From contig JANYKN010000081.1 of assembly GCA_025361565.1 (NCBI GenBank), positions 13,353-77,352 on the forward strand: 64,000 nucleotides of DNA, read 5' to 3'. This DNA comes from Bacteroidota bacterium (GTDB lineage Bacteria; Bacteroidota; Bacteroidia; Bacteroidales; NBLH01). A program made the position numbers and the translations under genes. The stretch's first letter is position 1; each line of letters starts with the position of its first letter. Below are positions 57,517 to 64,000 of the stretch, piece by piece. The notes beneath the pieces were generated by a model. The model ran no database searches, had not been told where the DNA came from, and saw only the letters and a list, made by a program, of their open reading frames with translations.

Positions 57517-60127
57517 TCGCTTCCTCATTTTATGCGCATCTTTTGTTTTGCTTTTTGCATTTATTACAATAGATGCTGATGCTCAAAAAACAAAAACAAC
57601 TACCAAGTCAAAAACTACTACTACTAAAACAAAAACAACAGCAAATAAAACAACAACAAATAAAACGAATACTAAAACAAAGGCTACCGATCCTGTTAAA
57701 GAAGATCCAAAAACCGGAGATGAAGAATATAAAAAACAGGCAGCCGAGCTTATCGATTTTTTAGCAGGAACGCTTAACGCCATCGGGAGTGAAAATACTC
57801 CTGTTTACGAAAAACAAATTATGATCAATGAAAGTTTTAATAAAATTTTTGCTGATGACAAAGTTCAAGTTGAGGACGATTTAGATGAACACCGTGAAAT
57901 ATATGCCTATAAAGATGTTCAGGCATATTTACAGGATGTGGATTTTTTCTTTAAAGATGTTACTTTCAGTTTTAAAATTGAAAGCGTTGAATCAATGAAG
58001 AACCTGGATGGTGAAACCGTTTATAAATTTAAAACAATCAGGCATTTAAAAGGGCTTACCATAGCCAACGATAGTGTTAATTCTATGATTGATCGATACA
58101 TAGAAATTAATTTAAATGAAACAGATCAAAGCATGAAAATTGTGAGCTTGTATACAACCAAGCTTAACGAATCGGCAGAGACTTTAAAATGGTGGGAAGA
58201 CTTATCGCCGGAATGGAAAAATATACTGAAAACAAAGAGCGAAATCAGCGATCCGGTCGATTATACAAAACTGAAATCTGTTTTGAAAATCACAGAACTC
58301 GATCTTTCAAATAATGCCAATATAACAGATTTAAATCCTTTGGTGAAACTTTCCCGGCTTAAACACCTTGATGTCAGTAATACTAAAATAGCTGATTTAT
58401 ATCCTATCCGAAACCTGAACAAATTAGAAGTTTTGGATTGCTCAAACACCGGCGTTTCAAGCATTGAACCATTACAATATGCATCCGGCCTGCAAGATTT
58501 GTTTTTTGATAATACAAAAGTACAAGACATAACTGTTGTTGAAAATTTCAAAAACCTTAAAAAATTAAGCTTTGAAAACACCTCTGTTTCAAATATTGAT
58601 GCTTTAATTGAACTTGATATGCTTGAGGATCTGCGCTTATCAGCAACACTGGTTGATTCACTCGATATTCTTAAAGAATTAAAAAACATCAAACATTTAA
58701 AAGCAAATTCAATTCCAATAAAATCATTAAGCGGAATTGAAAATCTAAACGGATTGGTACAAATTAGTTTTTCTTCAACTCAGGTACAGGATATTAGCCT
58801 CCTAAGTAAATTTGACAACCTTGAAGTAGTCTATTTTGACAATACAGGCATTAAATCGCTGGCAGCTTTGGCGAATAACAAAAAACTTGAAAAAATATAT
58901 TGTAACAATAGTGGGATAAATGCTGCAATTGCCGGAGATTTCATCAAAACTCATCCAAAATGTCTTGTTATTTATAATTCGGATTTGTTAAAAAAATGGT
59001 GGGAAGCAATGACTCCCGAATGGAAGCAGGTTTTCAATTCGCAATTGAAAACGGATAAACCAACAGTCGAACAATTACACCAACTCACTCTTATTCAAGA
59101 GCTAAATATTGAAGGGAAAACAGCTATTACGAGCCTCGAACCAGTAAGCAAATTCACTAGTTTGAAAACCTTGAATATTTCAGGAACATCAGTAAGCGAT
59201 TTATCTCCAATTCAGAATCTTATTGATTTACAATCCTTTGATTGCTCAAAAACTAAAATAATAAAACTTGATGATTTGGCCAGTTTGAAGAGATTGGAAT
59301 CTTTTAATTGCTCTAATACTGGGGTTACGCAGCTTACTCCACTCGCAACTTGCGATAATTTGGAATTGATCGGTGCTGAAAACACTCAAATTTCTAATTT
59401 AAATGGATTAGAAAAACTGGGCAGGCTTAAAAAGATTTTTGCAAATAATACCGTCCTGACTAAAGAAGCCGTCTCTATATTTAAAAAAGCGAATCCTGTA
59501 TGTTTGGTCATATACAGGACGGAAGAATTAAATAAATGGTGGGGATTGGTTGAAGACGATTGGAAAAAAATATTCAAAAGATATGTTGATTATGCCGACC
59601 CACCAACAGGCGAACAATTACACCAAATTACAGTACTCAAAGAAATTGATGTAAAAGATCAAACCGAAATTAAAGGTTTGAAACCATTGGAAATGCTTGA
59701 AGATTTGGAAGTTTTAAAATTTACAGATACTCGTGTAAATGATTTGGTATCGATTAAAGGATTAACAAATTTAAAAGAGTTGGTTTGTCCAAAAAATCCG
59801 ATTTCATCACTTGATGCAATAAGTGGTTCTAAAAATCTTGAAGCTTTGGATTGTTCAAGTACCGAAATATCAGATTTAACACCTTTGACCAGTTTAACAA
59901 ATTTAAAAGTTCTAAAAATATCTGGCACTAAAGTGCGTAGCCTAAAATCCCTAAGTGGGCTTAAGTCATTGGCACTCCTTGATATTTCAGGAACAAAAGT
60001 GTTGCTTGTAAATCCGATATCAGAGCTTGGCAACCTTAAAGTACTTAAATGTTACAATACAAAAATTCCTAAATTTTTAATGAAGAAATTTAAGGAAGCA
60101 AATCCAAAATGTGAGGTAGTTGAATAA
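57506..60127 (+). CDS. Exported leucine-rich-repeat protein with N-terminal unnamed domain and three capped LRR modules
   Basis: Signal peptide ADA-Q; T/K linker; 22-aa internalin-like repeats (e.g. LKHLDVSNTKIADLYPIRNLNK). Confidence 0.88.
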   Translation: MKTNRFLILCASFVLLFAFITIDADAQKTKTTTKSKTTTTKTKTTANKTTTNKTNTKTKATDPVKEDPKTGDEEYKKQAAELIDFLAGTLNAIGSENTPVYEKQIMINESFNKIFADDKVQVEDDLDEHREIYAYKDVQAYLQDVDFFFKDVTFSFKIESVESMKNLDGETVYKFKTIRHLKGLTIANDSVNSMIDRYIEINLNETDQSMKIVSLYTTKLNESAETLKWWEDLSPEWKNILKTKSEISDPVDYTKLKSVLKITELDLSNNANITDLNPLVKLSRLKHLDVSNTKIADLYPIRNLNKLEVLDCSNTGVSSIEPLQYASGLQDLFFDNTKVQDITVVENFKNLKKLSFENTSVSNIDALIELDMLEDLRLSATLVDSLDILKELKNIKHLKANSIPIKSLSGIENLNGLVQISFSSTQVQDISLLSKFDNLEVVYFDNTGIKSLAALANNKKLEKIYCNNSGINAAIAGDFIKTHPKCLVIYNSDLLKKWWEAMTPEWKQVFNSQLKTDKPTVEQLHQLTLIQELNIEGKTAITSLEPVSKFTSLKTLNISGTSVSDLSPIQNLIDLQSFDCSKTKIIKLDDLASLKRLESFNCSNTGVTQLTPLATCDNLELIGAENTQISNLNGLEKLGRLKKIFANNTVLTKEAVSIFKKANPVCLVIYRTEELNKWWGLVEDDWKKIFKRYVDYADPPTGEQLHQITVLKEIDVKDQTEIKGLKPLEMLEDLEVLKFTDTRVNDLVSIKGLTNLKELVCPKNPISSLDAISGSKNLEALDCSSTEISDLTPLTSLTNLKVLKISGTKVRSLKSLSGLKSLALLDISGTKVLLVNPISELGNLKVLKCYNTKIPKFLMKKFKEANPKCEVVE

Positions 60128-60144
60128 AAATTCAAATTACAGCA

Positions 60145-60176
60145 TAAAAAAAGCCGGCTTTAACCGGCTTTTTTTA
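60145..60176. terminator. Bidirectional intrinsic terminator
   Basis: AAAAAAAGCCGG-ctttaa-CCGGCTTTTTTT between the convergent LRR gene and tRNA-His. Confidence 0.85.
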
Positions 60177-60181
60177 TTTAG

Positions 60182-60256
60182 GGTGGATGATGGGGTTTGA
60201 ACCCACGACCCTCGGAACCACAATCCGATGCTCTAACCAACTGAGCTACAACCACC
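60182..60256 (-). tRNA. tRNA-His(GUG) with encoded G-1
   Basis: GGTGGTTGTAGCTCAGTTGGTTAGAGCATCGGATT-GTG-GTTCCGAGGGTCGTGGGTTCAAACCCCATCATCCACC. Confidence 0.95.
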
Positions 60257-60268
60257 ATTTAAGGAGCG

Positions 60269-60301
60269 CAAAGGTAATAATTTTTTTAGTACTTGAGCAA
60301 A
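60269..60301 (-). promoter_or_regulatory. tRNA-His promoter
   Basis: -33 TTTG (60298-60301), 21-nt spacer, -7 TACCTTTG (60269-60276). Confidence 0.7.
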
Positions 60302-60744
60302 TTATTTATAAAAAAATCATTGCTCTTATTTCTTGGCAATTCCCTTTCATCAAGCTATCTTGTCAAACTTGATAAATTTCAATCTTTTTTGGATTTAACT
60401 TTCGATGCAATGCAAGTTGTAAATAGCGAATATCCTGATTTAGTAACCGTTAATGTCAGCCAATAATCATATTTTAATGTATAAATAACTTCTTAAACTT
60501 ACAATTAAGAAGTTATTTTCATTTATATATTATGGGACTCTTTATGTAAATTTTGGCAATTGTATCATGGAATAAATATTTATCAAAAAAAGGAATAACT
60601 TGATAATATTTTGGATTTGACCATAGATAATCTTTGTTATCTTTCGTTTTTACAATAAAAATAATTGAAATTTCGTTTTATTCAGAAATTTTTAATGATT
60701 AATATATTTAGTCGGATTTATTGTCAAACTTAAATTTTAAAGCA

Positions 60745-61539
60745 ATGAAAATTAATTATTTAATTACTCTATTGTTCTTATTTACTTTATTTTCTTGCCA
60801 AAAACAAGAGATGAATGAGAATCAAACAAATCAATCAATTAACAGCAAGGTAAATGTCAGACTTACTGATGCTCCTGCGGATTATGAGGCAGTTTGGATC
60901 GACATCCAGGGTATTGAATTCAACCTTTCTACAAGTGACGGAGAAGGCAAATGGATTTCGCTCGATAGCATTAATAAAGGTTTATACAATCTTCTCGACT
61001 TTAGCAATGGTAAAGACACTTTGCTTGTTTCCACTGATTTAGATTCAGGATATATTTCACAAATCAGGTTAATACTTGGAGATAATAACAGCATAGTTAC
61101 TTCCGAGGGAACCTTTGATCTGAATGTACCTTCTGGCTCAACTTCAGGATTAAAAATAAATTTACACGAAACATTTGATTTAGGAGTTATCAAAAATATT
61201 TGGATTGATTTTGATGCTTCCAAGTCAATTGTAAAAACCGGTAATGGAAAATTTCTGTTAAAACCTGTACTAAGAGCTTTTACTAAAGTTGTTGGTGGTG
61301 CAATAAAAGGCTATGTAAATCCAAAAGAATCTTTACCCTCCGTTTTTGCAATTTTAGGAACTGACACAATAGGCACAAAGGCTGATACAAGTGGATATTA
61401 TTACATTGGTGGACTTCCAATCGGATTTTATTCTGTAAAATTTGATCCAATTGACCCGTATCTTGATTTGGTTATTGACAGCGTTCAAGTTAAAAGTGGA
61501 ATGGAAACAGACCTAGATACCATAACTATCAATAAATAA
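60745..61539 (+). CDS. DUF4382-domain lipoprotein with C-terminal carboxypeptidase-regulatory-like domain
   Basis: Lipobox LFSC; VRLTDAP; SQIRLILG; DFDASKS; LKPVLR. Confidence 0.85.
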   Translation: MKINYLITLLFLFTLFSCQKQEMNENQTNQSINSKVNVRLTDAPADYEAVWIDIQGIEFNLSTSDGEGKWISLDSINKGLYNLLDFSNGKDTLLVSTDLDSGYISQIRLILGDNNSIVTSEGTFDLNVPSGSTSGLKINLHETFDLGVIKNIWIDFDASKSIVKTGNGKFLLKPVLRAFTKVVGGAIKGYVNPKESLPSVFAILGTDTIGTKADTSGYYYIGGLPIGFYSVKFDPIDPYLDLVIDSVQVKSGMETDLDTITINK

Positions 61540-61548
61540 ATTTCAAAT

Positions 61549-61592
61549 AAAAAGAACTTCTTTAAAAGCAAATTGAAGGAGTTCTTTTTTTT
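61549..61592. terminator. Bidirectional terminator
   Basis: AAAAAGAACTTC...GGAGTTCTTTTT between convergent genes. Confidence 0.65.
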
Positions 61593-61617
61593 CGTTCAAC
61601 AAGCAGAGCCTGCCAAA

Positions 61618-63111
61618 CTAAATCCCCAGCAATTTATCAAAATCTTGAGTCAGCGAAACCCCTTTCTCAAAATCAAATAAAGTCAATTCCCTTATCGTGT
61701 AATAGTATTTCCAATAGGAATATAGGGCATTTAGGTAATTGGTATTTGCATTATCTTGCCTGTTAAGTATCAGGCTTAAAGTGGGAACATCTACTTTGCC
61801 AATTAAAAAACGTTGTTTTGTAGTTTCATATGCTTGTTTAGCTACATCGCGTGTTTCAAGTGCATTTTTGACCAATTTAAATTGCATGTTAAAATCAATT
61901 ACATCTATCATAACCATTTGCCTGAAATCGATAGCAGCTTGCTCGCTAGTAGCATCAACAACATCCAGGTTTCGCTTTGCCATATTGTACTTGCCTTTAT
62001 TTTGGCCCCAATCCAAAATAGGTATTGTAAAGCCAATCATAAATCTTTGTTGGTCAAGTGGATTTTGGTATGCCTGTGCAAATTCAGCATTTTGTTGATT
62101 GAGTCCAACGCTTGCATTCAAATATGCATTGAACCTGTTTTCGCGTTTGGTTTGTTCCAAATTCATTGCTGCTTCTAATTGCTTCTGTTTATAATCAAGC
62201 AAATCCGGATTATTTTCTTCGGCATATTGAAGTACCTGCATATATTCAATTTGAAAATCAGAGAGTTCGTCAGGTACTGTTAATTCAACCGATGAATATT
62301 CAGGCAAACTTAAAAATGAAGTAAAGCTAAATTGAGATTTTTTAAGGTTTTTTTCTGCAATGGCCAATGCATTTTCAGCATTTAGCACATCAACTTTCAA
62401 ACTAAGTACATCAGATTGTGAAATGCTAGCTATTGCCAATCGACTTTTGCCGATATTATAAAGGGTATCTGAGTTTGCTTTATTGAATTGAGCTATTTCC
62501 AACTGCTTCTGAGCTAACAAGAGCATAAAATAATTATCGACCAATTGTTTTGCAATTGTTTCATTGGCTTTTACAAGTTCTTTTTGGGCTTTTTCATACT
62601 TCAAAGGTTCTATTTTCTTTTGCCATTTAAATGTATTGAACCCGAATAACTTTTGACTAAACCCAATACGAATCGGCACTGTTGAAAATTGTGTGTATCC
62701 ATTATCTCCAAAATCATTAAGATAGCCAAATTCGGAATCAGCATAAATTGTACCGCCGGTTATAGGTAAATTCTGTGTTAATGATACATTTGCATATGAG
62801 TAAACATTTTGTTGTTGCTTATATTCGTCAATATCCAATGTTGAATTGTACCTTTTGACTAAGGCACGATTATAATCAATTGGAATAGTATTTAATACGA
62901 GCTGTGGCAGTTTCTGTGCAATATAGGTTCGATATTCCCAATAACCTGCCAAATAAAGATTTTTAGCTTTAAAAACAGCCAAAGAACTATCTGTTGCCAA
63001 TCGAATTGCATCTTTTAAATTTAGTCTCTTTACATTTTGAGCCTCAAGTTTTTGAAATGAAAATATTGCCAATGAAATAACCAAAACTATTGTTAAAAAG
63101 AATTTATGCAT
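61618..63111 (-). CDS. TolC-family outer membrane efflux protein
   Basis: Signal peptide; long coiled coils; IPILDWG; RFLIGK; LTLFDF end; typical Bacteroidota TolC pattern. Confidence 0.88.
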   Translation of the reverse strand: MHKFFLTIVLVISLAIFSFQKLEAQNVKRLNLKDAIRLATDSSLAVFKAKNLYLAGYWEYRTYIAQKLPQLVLNTIPIDYNRALVKRYNSTLDIDEYKQQQNVYSYANVSLTQNLPITGGTIYADSEFGYLNDFGDNGYTQFSTVPIRIGFSQKLFGFNTFKWQKKIEPLKYEKAQKELVKANETIAKQLVDNYFMLLLAQKQLEIAQFNKANSDTLYNIGKSRLAIASISQSDVLSLKVDVLNAENALAIAEKNLKKSQFSFTSFLSLPEYSSVELTVPDELSDFQIEYMQVLQYAEENNPDLLDYKQKQLEAAMNLEQTKRENRFNAYLNASVGLNQQNAEFAQAYQNPLDQQRFMIGFTIPILDWGQNKGKYNMAKRNLDVVDATSEQAAIDFRQMVMIDVIDFNMQFKLVKNALETRDVAKQAYETTKQRFLIGKVDVPTLSLILNRQDNANTNYLNALYSYWKYYYTIRELTLFDFEKGVSLTQDFDKLLGI

Positions 63112-63260
63112 TATCCAGCTAATCTTATAAATTAAATACTAATACAAACTAACAAATTGTTTAACTATTCCACTGAATTAATATCATATGACAGTATGAT
63201 TATTGTCAAATAATAGTAAAACTATTGTGTCAATAATACTCCCAATGGATTTATTGATAT

Positions 63261-63725
63261 TTATAAATCAACGATATCATATTCCTTTCCAATATTAAAA
63301 AATTTCTCCATGTACATCCATTCCCAATACTTAATGCGATCTGAATCTAGTAAATGAACTAGTAGGTTTTTATCAAAATCCAAACCATATCTACTAAGTT
63401 TAAAATCCTTATCAAGGATAACATTAAAACCCTTATTCTCAAATCTTTTAACTGATTCCTCATGGTTATTAGGGAAAACAATATATTTCTTGACATTTTT
63501 AAATTCTTTTTTCAAAACAATTTCCTCAACAAATTTCAGTGTTCTATCTTCACATGATCCACAACTCCCTGTCACAATGATAATTATTGTTTCACCTCTA
63601 ATATTAATTTTTTGAACTTCATCCAAATATCCTGTTAATTGTTCAATATATGGAAAGTTTGACTCTTTCGAACAATTTGACAAAACAAATAGGAATAAAC
63701 AAAAAATTACAAATGTATTTTTCAT
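63261..63725 (-). CDS. Hypothetical exported/lipoprotein with CxxC (thioredoxin-like?)
   Basis: Signal ending LSNC; IIIVTGSCGSCE. Confidence 0.6.
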   Translation of the reverse strand: MKNTFVIFCLFLFVLSNCSKESNFPYIEQLTGYLDEVQKINIRGETIIIIVTGSCGSCEDRTLKFVEEIVLKKEFKNVKKYIVFPNNHEESVKRFENKGFNVILDKDFKLSRYGLDFDKNLLVHLLDSDRIKYWEWMYMEKFFNIGKEYDIVDL

Positions 63726-64000
63726 AACACTTTTACTTTAAATATTTCAAATTTCATTTTGTTTTCTTCAATTTTTTTTGATTGAGGATGTGAAGGACTA
63801 ATATATAGGCCTTTCTCTGTAACGAACCAAGTATTAATCATAAAACAATAATCCGGGAATTTTATTTTTTTTAAGATTTGAAAACCATCATTATAAATTT
63901 CTAAGTATAGTGGTTTATCTAACATACTATTATAATATTTATCCGAAATTTTTATTGGAATACCTTCCCAAACAAATCTATAATATACATTCCTCCATTT
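63722..64000 (-). CDS. DUF4221-like beta-propeller protein, C-terminal part (truncated by window edge)
   Basis: Frame is open to base 64000 (KWRNVYYRF...FVTEKGLYIS.SHP...ENKMKF). Confidence 0.65.
   Translation of the reverse strand, partial: KWRNVYYRFVWEGIPIKISDKYYNSMLDKPLYLEIYNDGFQILKKIKFPDYCFMINTWFVTEKGLYISPSHPQSKKIEENKMKFEIFKVKVL

Noticed and set aside
57585-57685. ACA/AAA-rich low-complexity tract as a VNTR or ncRNA
   Set aside because: It is an in-frame Thr/Lys linker of the LRR protein with no exact tandem unit.
60182-60256. U-U mismatch in the tRNA-His acceptor stem as a sign of a pseudo-tRNA or att scar
   Set aside because: The other arms, G-1/C73, promoter and terminator are intact; single mismatches are tolerated and no integrase is nearby.

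Overview
AT-rich chromosomal window from a Bacteroidota genome, most likely an environmental Bacteroidales/Marinilabiliales-type organism. Support for this: TAnnTTTG promoters, a sigma70 lacking region 1.1, porQ, an EF-G2 paralog, and a str operon without tuf. Layout: (1) 1-15.9 kb, a dense two-component signalling cluster (multi-PAS protein, 7TM-PAS-GAF kinase, receivers, hybrid kinases of which one is frameshifted, a LuxR regulator), interspersed with 34-40 bp palindromic REP-like repeats. (2) tRNA-Pro and tRNA-Ser, an RpoD-like sigma factor, an SPFH/zinc-ribbon pair and a putative porin. (3) 22.5-40.1 kb, the complete str-S10-spc-alpha ribosomal superoperon on the minus strand, including an rpmJ the ORF track missed. 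(4) A divergently transcribed EF-G2, then porQ, a DMT transporter, a saccharopine dehydrogenase-like gene, an aspartase-like gene and a sigma54-type regulator. (5) 49.5-60.1 kb, a plus-strand run of exported proteins: a TPR-caspase lacking its catalytic His, a beta-propeller-PP2C sensor, and a four-gene operon in which three proteins share an unnamed domain, ending in a tri-modular LRR protein. (6) tRNA-His, a DUF4382 lipoprotein, TolC and a partial DUF4221-like gene. The best candidates for undescribed biology are the 55.3-60.1 kb paralogous-domain/LRR operon and a possible helix-docked split sensor kinase at 1-7.3 kb. All family calls come from motif recognition by eye; no searches were run.
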